From an uncultured Pelagibacteraceae bacterium (GTDB taxonomy: Bacteria; Pseudomonadota; Alphaproteobacteria; Pelagibacterales; Pelagibacteraceae), in contig CACLZS010000001.1 of assembly GCA_902611465.1 (NCBI GenBank), positions 72,636 through 136,635 of the forward strand: a stretch of DNA of 64,000 bases. Reading direction: 5' to 3'. Numbering within the stretch: the first letter of the stretch is position 1; each line of letters opens with the position of its first letter. A program made the position numbers and the translations under genes. The notes beneath the pieces were generated by a model. The model searched no databases. It saw nothing but the letters and a program-made list of their open reading frames with translations, and was not told the origin of the DNA. This document shows, in pieces, positions 53,768 through 62,470 of the stretch.

Positions 53768-54748
53768 TTACGTTATGTTTGCATCTAAGATGTTATGTAT
53801 ATGAATAAAACCAATTGTTTTATTTTTATTTTTATTCTGATGCACACATAAACTTGTAATTTTTTTATTGTTCATTATTGAGAGAGCTTCAACAGCTAGC
53901 ATATTTTTGTCAACACTTAATGGTTTTCTTTTCATAACTTTTTTAATTTTTAGATTTTTAAAATCTTTATTCATATTTGATATTCTCTTTAAATCACCAT
54001 CAGTAATAATGCCTGTAGTATTTTTATCATTATTTTTTACAACTAATGTGCCCAGACCTTTTCTAGTAATAGTTTTTAATGCAATTTTCATGCTTAGATC
54101 TTGATTTATAAATGGAATTTTATTTCCATAAATCATTAAATCTTCAACAGTTTTAAGTTTTATTGAAAGGGTACCACTCGGATGAAATTTTTTGAAATCA
54201 ATTTTGCCAAATTTTTTATATTGCATGCATGTTATCGCAATTGCATCACCTAGTGCAATTTGTACAGTGGTTGATGATGTTGGAACAAAGTTACCTGGCC
54301 CAGCCTCTTTAACTAATGGTAATAAAAATGATACATCTGCATTCTTATATAAAATTGAGTCTTTTTTAGAAGTGATACCAATTAATTTTATATTTTTATT
54401 ACGTGATGAGTATTGAATTATATTTTTTAATTCTTCGCTTTGTCCACTCAGACTAATTAATATTATGATATCATTAGAGGTAACCTGCCCCAAGTCGCCA
54501 TGACTTGCATTTGAGGCATCAAGAAAGAAAGAAGGTGTACCCGTAGATGATAATGTTGCCGCCCACTTTCTCCCTATAATTCCACTTTTTCCAACTCCTG
54601 AAATTATAATTTTGCCGTTCTTACAATTAACAATTGTTTTTATAATTTTTTCAAAAGAACTTCCTATGCTAGATTGAAGTTTTTTGAGAGATGCAAATTC
54701 AAGTTTAATTACGTCCTTAGCAATATTTAGTAATTTTTTATCTTTCAT
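53768..54748 (-). CDS. kdsD: arabinose-5-phosphate isomerase (KpsF/GutQ)
   Basis: GVGKSG, STGTP, HGDLG, PTSST, HPSG, CBS pair; start placed at ATG 54748. Confidence 0.93.
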   Translation of the reverse strand: MKDKKLLNIAKDVIKLEFASLKKLQSSIGSSFEKIIKTIVNCKNGKIIISGVGKSGIIGRKWAATLSSTGTPSFFLDASNASHGDLGQVTSNDIIILISLSGQSEELKNIIQYSSRNKNIKLIGITSKKDSILYKNADVSFLLPLVKEAGPGNFVPTSSTTVQIALGDAIAITCMQYKKFGKIDFKKFHPSGTLSIKLKTVEDLMIYGNKIPFINQDLSMKIALKTITRKGLGTLVVKNNDKNTTGIITDGDLKRISNMNKDFKNLKIKKVMKRKPLSVDKNMLAVEALSIMNNKKITSLCVHQNKNKNKTIGFIHIHNILDANIT

Positions 54749-54749
54749 T

Positions 54750-55361
54750 TTAATGTGACCAGACATCATCTTTAAAAGATGCAAAATCTAACTCAACTCT
54801 TGTATTTATGAATTTAATTGTTTTCTCATAAAGATCTAATCTATTTTCTCTTTCTAATATATTCTTTAATCCATCAAAAATTTTATGTAAATAAAGAACA
54901 TCCTGAGCGCAATATTTCAACTGCTTGTCAGAAAGATTCCCTCCAAAATAAGATGTCTGCAATTGTTTACTTATATCTATACCTATAAATTCTTTTATTA
55001 AATCCTTTAAACCATGCTTATCTGAATAACTTCTAGCAATTTTACTCATTATTTTTGTGCAATTAATATTTTCCACGTTTACATCTAAATATTTTTTAAT
55101 AAACAAAAGATCCGCTCTGGCATAATGGAACAATTTGCCTATTTTTTGATTTGTAAGGATTTTTTTTAAATTTGGGGCATTATAATTATCTTTATCTAGT
55201 TGGATAATGTGAGCATCGTTATTACCTGAGGATATTTGAATTAAGCATAGTCTATCTCTTTCAACATTTAATCCTGTAAACTCACAATCAATGGCAATCT
55301 TGTCACTGAACTTTATTTCATCTGGTAAATCTTTTTTATGTAATTTAATATCTAAATTCAT
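54750..55361 (-). CDS. rnd: RNase D-like 3'-5' exonuclease (short form)
   Basis: AIDCE, RLCLIQ, FHYARAD, YCAQDV. Confidence 0.88.
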   Translation of the reverse strand: MNLDIKLHKKDLPDEIKFSDKIAIDCEFTGLNVERDRLCLIQISSGNNDAHIIQLDKDNYNAPNLKKILTNQKIGKLFHYARADLLFIKKYLDVNVENINCTKIMSKIARSYSDKHGLKDLIKEFIGIDISKQLQTSYFGGNLSDKQLKYCAQDVLYLHKIFDGLKNILERENRLDLYEKTIKFINTRVELDFASFKDDVWSH

Positions 55362-55379
55362 TAATAGGTATATATATAT

Positions 55380-56345
55380 ATGAAAAATCAGGATTCAATT
55401 TTAATATTTGGTTCTTCTGGACAAATTGGAAAGTCATTAATAAGAATCTTTACTAAAAACAACTATAGAGTTATTGCAGTAACTAGAAGTATTCATCGAA
55501 AAGGTTACCAAATAAAAACTCAGTCCAACTATGGGTATCTCGAGTTGGAGGAAGTAAATTCATTTAACGAAGAAAATATATCAAGATTAATGAAAAAGTC
55601 TTCTATATGTATAAATTTAATCGGTATTTTATATGAAAAAAAAGAAAACCAGTTTGATTTAATACATTCACATTTACCATCTTTGCTCTCAAAAATGGCC
55701 TCTAAAAACTCACTCAGTCAATTTATTCATTTATCTGCTTTAGGAATAGAGTCTGCTAGTGATAGTGAATATGCAAAAAGTAAACTAAGTGGTGAAAATA
55801 AAGTAAAACAAAATTTTCCAAACTCTGTAATTTTGAAACCATCAATTGTATATTCAGTAGATGATAATTTCACAACAAACTTTATGAGTTTATTAAGTAA
55901 ACTTCCAATAATGCCGTTATACTATAATGGAAAAACTAAATTCACTCCTATTCATGTCACCGATCTTTCACATATAATTTTTAAAATTGTAAATAATAAA
56001 GTTATTGGACAAACGATAGAATGTATTGGTCCTGAAGTATTTACATTTAAAGAGATAATATTAAAAATTTTAAAATCAATAAATAAAAAAAGACTTTTAT
56101 TTTCCTTACCTTTGCCTTTAGCAAAGTTAAATGCTAAGTTATTTCAATTAATGCCAAAACCACTTCTTACCCTTGATCAATTAAGATTACTAAAATATGA
56201 CAATATTGTATCAAAAAAATATAAAACCAACTTTGATTTAAAAATGCATGCTAATAAAAAATTTGATGAAGAAATAAATCGTTACAGTTATAATTGGACA
56301 ATTGGAGGTCAATTTTCAAAAAAAGAAATTGATAAATTAAATTAA
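55380..56345 (+). CDS. complex I NDUFA9-like atypical SDR
   Basis: IFGSSGQIG, INLIGILYE, HLSALG, YAKSK, PSIVY. Confidence 0.85.
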   Translation: MKNQDSILIFGSSGQIGKSLIRIFTKNNYRVIAVTRSIHRKGYQIKTQSNYGYLELEEVNSFNEENISRLMKKSSICINLIGILYEKKENQFDLIHSHLPSLLSKMASKNSLSQFIHLSALGIESASDSEYAKSKLSGENKVKQNFPNSVILKPSIVYSVDDNFTTNFMSLLSKLPIMPLYYNGKTKFTPIHVTDLSHIIFKIVNNKVIGQTIECIGPEVFTFKEIILKILKSINKKRLLFSLPLPLAKLNAKLFQLMPKPLLTLDQLRLLKYDNIVSKKYKTNFDLKMHANKKFDEEINRYSYNWTIGGQFSKKEIDKLN

Positions 56346-56602
56346 TGTTAGCAAATACAATTTATTTAGTAGTATTTATTATTTTAGCTTTTGTTTTGTC
56401 TATTGCTGTAAAAGCTATAACTAGAGGAGTCGAAGCAAAGCAAACATTAAAAGAAGAAAAAAATTTGCAAGTAAATAAAGAAGAAAATGAAATTTCAAAT
56501 ATAGAGATAGTAAAACAATTAAAAGAATTAAAAGATCTTCATGATAAAGGAGTTATTTCTAATGATGAATTTCAAAAAGCCAAAGAAAAAATATTAAACT
56601 AG
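56345..56602 (+). CDS. SHOCT-domain membrane protein
   Basis: N-terminal TM; LKELKDLHDKGVISNDEFQKAKEKIL SHOCT signature. Confidence 0.85.
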   Translation: MLANTIYLVVFIILAFVLSIAVKAITRGVEAKQTLKEEKNLQVNKEENEISNIEIVKQLKELKDLHDKGVISNDEFQKAKEKILN

Positions 56603-57093
56603 GCAGATTTTACCTTTTTTTCTATAAATTTTGGAACATCATCATCTTTATCAACAACTTCCTCTTTTTTTCCTTTTGGTTGATAAACAATCATTAGGTG
56701 TAAAGGGCAATAAGAAAATTTTTCAACAGTTTTTCTTCCACAAAATGAGGAGTCCTTTTCATCTGGATGACCCTCCATATATTTACAAGTTTGCTCATTT
56801 AATTCCTCTAACTTAATATTTTTAGCTGGTTCAAAGTTTTTATCTAGAAGGAGAGTTCTAAATTTTTGCTTTCTACTTCCTTTTTTAAAGTTGTTATTTT
56901 CTTGATGCGCTTCTTTTGTAATGTGTGGTATTGTCGATCTTGTTTTAATTTTTGCAGATAAGTTTAATCTATGAGCTTTACCAATTACAGCGTTTCGGCT
57001 CACTCCACCAATTATTTCTGCAATCTGACTTGCTGTCTGACCTTTGCCCCAAAGATCTTTAAGCTTGTTCACTTTTTCCTCTGTCCAGCTCAT
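56599..57093 (-). CDS. gcrA: GcrA cell-cycle transcriptional regulator
   Basis: MSWTEE...LW-x2-G-x-TASQIA, SRNAVIGKAHRL, CKY...FCG...YCPLH; divergent from the argD operon. Confidence 0.95.
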   Translation of the reverse strand: MSWTEEKVNKLKDLWGKGQTASQIAEIIGGVSRNAVIGKAHRLNLSAKIKTRSTIPHITKEAHQENNNFKKGSRKQKFRTLLLDKNFEPAKNIKLEELNEQTCKYMEGHPDEKDSSFCGRKTVEKFSYCPLHLMIVYQPKGKKEEVVDKDDDVPKFIEKKVKSA

Positions 57094-57094
57094 A

Positions 57095-57141
57095 ATACTA
57101 TATTTAGTATAATTAAATTTAATTACAACACTATCTAGAAA
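57095..57141. promoter_or_regulatory. candidate tandem NrdR boxes over gcrA promoter
   Basis: ATACTATATTTAGTAT (57095-57110) and CAACACTATCTAGAAA (57126-57141), offset 31 bp; compare consensus acaCwAtATaTwGtgt. Confidence 0.6.
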
Positions 57142-57220
57142 TCATAATAAATAGTCTTTAACAAGCATTTTTTTATGTTTTTTAACAATTATCAAAAAAA
57201 AAGTTTATTAATAAATACTT

Positions 57221-58033
57221 ATGGTTGAATTACAGAAAAAATATCAAATTGGTATAAGAAGATTTGGAATTATAAACTGGGTAGGAACTTATTCTTTATT
57301 TAAAAAAGAAGTTTTAAGATTTCTTACAGTATCAGGCCAAACTTTGTTTGGTCCAATATTGACTAGTATGTTATTTTTAACAGTTATTTCTTTAGCGATT
57401 GGTGATCAAAGAGCTGATGTACTAGGAGTTTCATATATAAAGTTTTTAGCAGGTGGTTTAATAATGATGCAAGTAATTCAACAAAGTTTTGCTCATTCAA
57501 GCTCATCATTAATGATGGGTAAGATGATGGGTACAATTACTGATGTTGTACATAGTCCTTTATCATCATCAGAAGTAGTTTTTGCAATAACATTTGCTTC
57601 TGCTGCAAGAGGCTTGCTCATCGCATTGTCTTCAACTTTAATATTTATCTTTTTTATAGATTTATCAATTCAAAATTATCTTTTATGGTTTGTATATTTG
57701 TTACTAGGCGGATTAGTGATGGGATCACTGGGTATTATAGTCGGCCTATATGCGGATAAATTTGATCAAATGAGTACCGTTACAAATTTTATTATTGTAC
57801 CATTAAGTTTTTTAAGTGGCACTTTTTACAGTATTGATAAATTACCTAATTTTTTAAAAGCTCTAAGTAATTATAATCCTTTTTTTCATATGATAGATGG
57901 ATTTAGATATTCATTTATTGGTCAATTAGACGGATCGATAACATTTGGTATTACGCTGCTAACTTTTTTAAGTTTGGTTATTACTTACCTTGCATACATT
58001 CTGGTACACAAAGGTTACAAAATTAAATCATAG
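57221..58033 (+). CDS. ABC-2 type transporter permease (YadH-like)
   Basis: KEVLRF, about 6 TMs, PLSFLSGTFYS, NPFFHMIDGFRY. Confidence 0.88.
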   Translation: MVELQKKYQIGIRRFGIINWVGTYSLFKKEVLRFLTVSGQTLFGPILTSMLFLTVISLAIGDQRADVLGVSYIKFLAGGLIMMQVIQQSFAHSSSSLMMGKMMGTITDVVHSPLSSSEVVFAITFASAARGLLIALSSTLIFIFFIDLSIQNYLLWFVYLLLGGLVMGSLGIIVGLYADKFDQMSTVTNFIIVPLSFLSGTFYSIDKLPNFLKALSNYNPFFHMIDGFRYSFIGQLDGSITFGITLLTFLSLVITYLAYILVHKGYKIKS

Positions 58034-58039
58034 TATCAA

Positions 58040-59209
58040 ATGAGTTCTTTAGCCAAAAATTATAAAAGAAGAAACTTATCCTTCAATAAAGGTAAAGGAT
58101 CTTTTTTGTACACAAAAAGCGGAATAAAGTATTTAGATTTTGTACAAGGAATTGCTGTTAATTCTTTAGGTCATGCAAACCCGAATTTAGTAAATGCAAT
58201 AAATAGACAATCAAAAAAACTTTGGCACGTTTCTAATTCTTTTATTATTCCTGAAGGTGAAACGTTAGCAAAAAAATTAACCAAGAAAACTTTTGCTGAT
58301 GCTGTTATTTTTCAAAATAGTGGAGCAGAAGCTACAGAGGCTGCCATAAAAGTTGCTAGGAGATATTTTTATTCAATAGGGCAACCAAAAAAAAATAGAA
58401 TTCTATGTATAAAAAATTCATTTCATGGAAGAACTATCGCAGCAATAAATGCTAGCGGATCAAAAAAAATGGTAGAGGGATTTGGCCCAAAAGTGGGAGG
58501 ATTTGATCATTTTAAATTTGGCAACCATAATGAATTGAAAAGAAAAATTACAAGTAAAACTGCTGCTATAATGATTGAACCAATAATGGGCGAGGGAGGT
58601 ATTAAAGTCATACCTTCATGGTGTCTTAAAGAATTGAGAAATATTTGTAATCAAAAAAAAATTCTTCTAATTTTAGACGAAGTTCAGTGTGGAATTGGCA
58701 GATCAGGTAAGTTTTTTTCATATGAATATGCAAACATAAAGCCAGATATAGTTCCAATTGCAAAAGGAATTGGAGGTGGGTTTCCAATAGGTGCAGTGTT
58801 AATGACAAAAAAAGTTTCAAAGGCTATGGTTCCAGGTACACATGGATCTACTTTTGGCGGAAACCCTTTAGCAATGTCAGTTGGTAATGCTGTAATGGAT
58901 GAAATTTTCAGAAAAGGCTTTCTTTCAAAAGTTAAAAGTAATTCAAAATATTTTATTTCAGAATTAAATAAAATTAAAATCAAATTTCCAAATATTATTA
59001 AAGATATAAGAGGATTAGGATTAATTCTGGGAATACAATTACATCATGACCAGACAAAATTCATACAAAGTTTAATGAAAAATAAACTTCTAACAATTAG
59101 AGCAGCTGAAAATGTTATAAGAATTTTGCCTCCATTAAATGTTAATAAAAATGAAATAAATTTAGCTTTAAAAATTATCAATAAAGTTTGCGAAGGATAT
59201 AAAAAATAA
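58040..59209 (+). CDS. argD: acetylornithine aminotransferase
   Basis: NSGAEA, FHGRT, EPIMGEGG, DEVQCG, AKGIGGG, HGSTFGGN. Confidence 0.95.
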   Translation: MSSLAKNYKRRNLSFNKGKGSFLYTKSGIKYLDFVQGIAVNSLGHANPNLVNAINRQSKKLWHVSNSFIIPEGETLAKKLTKKTFADAVIFQNSGAEATEAAIKVARRYFYSIGQPKKNRILCIKNSFHGRTIAAINASGSKKMVEGFGPKVGGFDHFKFGNHNELKRKITSKTAAIMIEPIMGEGGIKVIPSWCLKELRNICNQKKILLILDEVQCGIGRSGKFFSYEYANIKPDIVPIAKGIGGGFPIGAVLMTKKVSKAMVPGTHGSTFGGNPLAMSVGNAVMDEIFRKGFLSKVKSNSKYFISELNKIKIKFPNIIKDIRGLGLILGIQLHHDQTKFIQSLMKNKLLTIRAAENVIRILPPLNVNKNEINLALKIINKVCEGYKK

Positions 59210-60141
59210 TGAAAAACTTTATTCATATTAGAGATATTCCCCTAAAAGATTTAAAAAAAATTATTTCTGATGCAAAAAATAGAAAATCGAAAAGAAAAAA
59301 ATTAAATACCCTTGATCCAGACAAAGACTCACCTTTAAAGGGTAAAATTCTTTTACAGATGTTTGAAAAATCTAGCCTTAGAACTAGATTAAGTTTTTAT
59401 TTAGCTATTAAACAATTAGGTGGAGGATCTTTAACTTTAAGACCAGAGGAGTTGCACCTAGGTATTGGTGGTGAAAGTATAGCAGATACATCTAAAATTT
59501 TATCAACTTATGGTAATGCTTTTATGTTGAGAACAGATTCGGATAAAAAATTAGATCAATTCAAAAAATATTCAAGTATACCAATAATTAATGGACTAAG
59601 TCCATCCTCACATCCCACTCAGGTTTTGTCAGATATTTTTACTATTCAAGAAATTAAAAAGAAAAGTATTTCAAAATTAAAAGTATGTTGGATAGGAGAT
59701 GCTAACAATAATATGATGAATAGCTTAGTAGAAGCTTGCATAAAATTCTCTATTTCTCTAAATATTGCATGCCCTAAAAGCTATCAACCAAATAAAAAAC
59801 TTATTTCTTTGATAAAAAAACAAAAAGGAAAAATAAAAATTTTCAATAAAAAAGAAATAGCCATTAAAAATTCTGATGTTGTAATGACAGACAAAATCAT
59901 TTCTTTAAATGATAAAGTGAATAAGAAAAAGAAAATTAAATCATTTAAAAATTTCAAAGTTGATACAAAAACTATGAATTTAGCCAAGAAAGATGCAATA
60001 TTTTTACATTGTCTACCAAGAGGAAATGAAGTTACAGAAGAAGTATTTCTTGGGAAACAATCTAAAGTGTGGCAACAAGCTCTAAACAGAATTTATGTTC
60101 AAAAGAGTATTTTATTATATTGTTTTGGCAAACTAAGGTAG
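59209..60141 (+). CDS. argF: ornithine carbamoyltransferase
   Basis: FEKSSLRTR, GESIADT, INGLS...HPTQ, HCLP, QALNR; follows argD. Confidence 0.9.
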   Translation: MKNFIHIRDIPLKDLKKIISDAKNRKSKRKKLNTLDPDKDSPLKGKILLQMFEKSSLRTRLSFYLAIKQLGGGSLTLRPEELHLGIGGESIADTSKILSTYGNAFMLRTDSDKKLDQFKKYSSIPIINGLSPSSHPTQVLSDIFTIQEIKKKSISKLKVCWIGDANNNMMNSLVEACIKFSISLNIACPKSYQPNKKLISLIKKQKGKIKIFNKKEIAIKNSDVVMTDKIISLNDKVNKKKKIKSFKNFKVDTKTMNLAKKDAIFLHCLPRGNEVTEEVFLGKQSKVWQQALNRIYVQKSILLYCFGKLR

Positions 60142-60663
60142 TTGCAATGGACTATCAGCATTAGCATTCATATATAGAATTACTGAAGCTCTATCTTTCT
60201 CTTTTTTTAATCCTGCGAAAGCCATTTTGGTACCCTTTATATATGAAGCAGGTTTTATTAAAAAACTATTCATCTCTTGGAACGTCCAATCTTTTCCAAA
60301 TGCTATCAAGGCTTTTGAATATTTGTAATCTTCCAAAGCACCCATATTTCTACCTAGCACATTATAAAGTGCTGGACCAATATTATTTCTTCCACCTTTT
60401 TTAATCGAATGACATGCACTACATTTCTTAAAAACTTTCTTTCCATGATCAACACTTCCCATGGCTAATAGAGCAGATATATCAACTGTTTCAACTGCTG
60501 CGGAAGCTTTGGCACTATCTGTTTCTGCAAATTCAACTTTATATGCTGATTGACTTGGCTTCTCTACGTAATAGATAATGTCTGAAATTTTAGTTATTCC
60601 AAATATAACAACAAAAATTACTACTACAGCTGCTATAATTTTATTAATTTCAAATGAGTCCAT
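60133..60663 (-). CDS. cycM: membrane-anchored cytochrome c (CycM/cy type)
   Basis: MDSFEINK N-terminal TM, CSACH heme motif, GPAL, GTKMAFAG. Confidence 0.9.
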   Translation of the reverse strand: MDSFEINKIIAAVVVIFVVIFGITKISDIIYYVEKPSQSAYKVEFAETDSAKASAAVETVDISALLAMGSVDHGKKVFKKCSACHSIKKGGRNNIGPALYNVLGRNMGALEDYKYSKALIAFGKDWTFQEMNSFLIKPASYIKGTKMAFAGLKKEKDRASVILYMNANADSPLQLP

Positions 60664-60729
60664 GATTTTTAATTATTATCCTCGTATAACATGTTAAACA
60701 AAAAAAAAACTAAATTTAAATTTAATTAT

Positions 60730-60746
60730 TGCGTCTGAAAGACGCA
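60730..60746. promoter_or_regulatory. candidate RegA/PrrA binding palindrome
   Basis: TGCGTCT-GAA-AGACGCA, i.e. GCGNC-N5-GNCGC, GC-rich within an almost pure AT spacer. Confidence 0.6.
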
Positions 60747-60759
60747 TAATACTTAGTTT

Positions 60760-61497
60760 ATGAGCAATACAGTAATTTTAATCCCTTCAAGATTGGCTGC
60801 AACAAGATTACCAAATAAACCTTTATTAAAAATCAATAATATTTCAATTATCAATCATGTTTACAAAATTGCAAAATCATCTCTTATTGGAGAAAGTTAT
60901 GTTGCAACAGGTGATAAAGAAATATTTGAAGAGGTCAGTAAGCTTGGAGGAAAATGTATTTTAACCAAAAAAGATCATAAAACTGGAACTGACAGAATTT
61001 TTGAAGCTTATCAAGAGTTAAGAGATGACAATATTGAATATGTAATAAATCTTCAAGGAGATGAACCAATGCTTGATATTGAAGATGTGCATAATCTCCT
61101 AAAAAAAACTATTGAAAAAAAATCTAAAATTTCAACATTAGCCTGTCAAATTGAAGACGAAAAATTTTTCTTAAATAAAAATATTGTAAAAGTAATTACA
61201 AAAGAAGAACTTCATCAAAATAATCTATCAACAGCATCATCATTCACTAGAGAAATTGAAAATACTCAAAAAAATATTTATCACCATATTGGAATTTATA
61301 TTTATAATGTTTCATATTTAAAAAAGTTTGTGCAATTAGAGCAAACTCAGAATGAGAAATTGCAAAAATTAGAGCAATTGAGACTAATAGATAATAATAT
61401 TGAAATAGATGTAGGATTAGCGAAAACTAAACCAATTGGTGTAGATACAGCTGAAGATTATCTAGAAATAAAAAAAATTATGGAATATAAAAATTAA
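60760..61497 (+). CDS. kdsB: 3-deoxy-manno-octulosonate cytidylyltransferase
   Basis: IPSRLAATRLPNKPL, TGTDR, NLQGDEP, HIGIY, LEQLR, GVDT. Confidence 0.96.
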   Translation: MSNTVILIPSRLAATRLPNKPLLKINNISIINHVYKIAKSSLIGESYVATGDKEIFEEVSKLGGKCILTKKDHKTGTDRIFEAYQELRDDNIEYVINLQGDEPMLDIEDVHNLLKKTIEKKSKISTLACQIEDEKFFLNKNIVKVITKEELHQNNLSTASSFTREIENTQKNIYHHIGIYIYNVSYLKKFVQLEQTQNEKLQKLEQLRLIDNNIEIDVGLAKTKPIGVDTAEDYLEIKKIMEYKN

Positions 61498-61500
61498 ATT

Positions 61501-62328
61501 ATGAAAATTGCTTATCAAGGTGTTGCAGGAAGCTACAGCGAAAGTTGCGCTAAAAAAATGTATCCAGAGAGTGAAACAATACCCTGCAAAACATTTGATG
61601 AATGCTTTGAAAGATCTAGTGAAGATAATTCAATTAAATCTTTAATTCCAGAGTCAAATAAAACAACTGGAAATATTGGCGTCGAGTATTTAATCTTTAA
61701 ATACAGATTAAATATTTATGCAGAGCATTTTTTTCCAATTAATCATAATCTTTTAGGATTAAAAGATTCAAATATAGAAGACATAAAAGATGTTTACTCA
61801 CATGCACAGGCATTAAGCCAATCTTCAAGTTTTATTAAGAAAAAAAAATTCATAGAAAATGTTAGAGCAGATACAGCTGGTTCAGCAAAATTTGTTTCAG
61901 AAACTAAAGACAAATCTAAAGCTGCTATAGCTTCTAGTCTTAGTGCAGAAATATATGGTCTTAAAATTCTACAAGAAAATATCCAAGATGATAAAGATAA
62001 CGTGACTAGATTTTTATTATTTGGTAAAGATATTTTTCAGCCAGATTTTTCTAATGATAATCACATAACATCAATATTATTTAAGTTAAAAAATAAACCT
62101 GCTGCTCTTTATTCTGCACTGTCAGGATTTGCAATAAATGGAGTTGATATGAGTAAACTACAAAGTTTTCCTGAAAAGAACTCATTTTCCTCATATTTTT
62201 TTCTATGTGATATTGATGGACATATAGAATCCCCTAAAATCAAAAACTCACTTGAGGAATTGGGTCTGCATTGCCAAGATATGCACGTTCTAGGTGTTTA
62301 TAAATCTGATAAATTTAGACAAAAATAA
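61501..62328 (+). CDS. pheA: prephenate dehydratase (PDT + ACT)
   Basis: AYQG-x2-GSYS, SHAQAL, DTAGSA, NVTRF, C-terminal ACT domain. Confidence 0.92.
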   Translation: MKIAYQGVAGSYSESCAKKMYPESETIPCKTFDECFERSSEDNSIKSLIPESNKTTGNIGVEYLIFKYRLNIYAEHFFPINHNLLGLKDSNIEDIKDVYSHAQALSQSSSFIKKKKFIENVRADTAGSAKFVSETKDKSKAAIASSLSAEIYGLKILQENIQDDKDNVTRFLLFGKDIFQPDFSNDNHITSILFKLKNKPAALYSALSGFAINGVDMSKLQSFPEKNSFSSYFFLCDIDGHIESPKIKNSLEELGLHCQDMHVLGVYKSDKFRQK

Positions 62329-62341
62329 ATTTATAACTTTC

Positions 62342-62371
62342 TTGTAGAATAGAAATTTTTATTGATATAAT
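62342..62371 (+). promoter_or_regulatory. sigma70 promoter of SRP RNA
   Basis: TTGTAG-18 nt-TATAAT with extended TG; -10 ends 6 nt before the RNA 5' G. Confidence 0.7.
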
Positions 62372-62377
62372 AAAGTT

Positions 62378-62464
62378 GGAGGCCAATCAGGTGGTGGTAC
62401 CACAAATCCCCCAGGATCGAAAGATAGCAAGGGTAGTGAGTATTTTCCAGGTTGGTTGGTCTCC
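62378..62464 (+). ncRNA. ffs: signal recognition particle RNA (4.5S)
   Basis: Terminal stem GGAGGCCAATC/GGTTGGTCTCC; helix-8 CAGG-ATC-GAAA-GAT-AGCA; directly upstream of dnaX. Confidence 0.9.
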
Positions 62465-62470
62465 TTAAAA

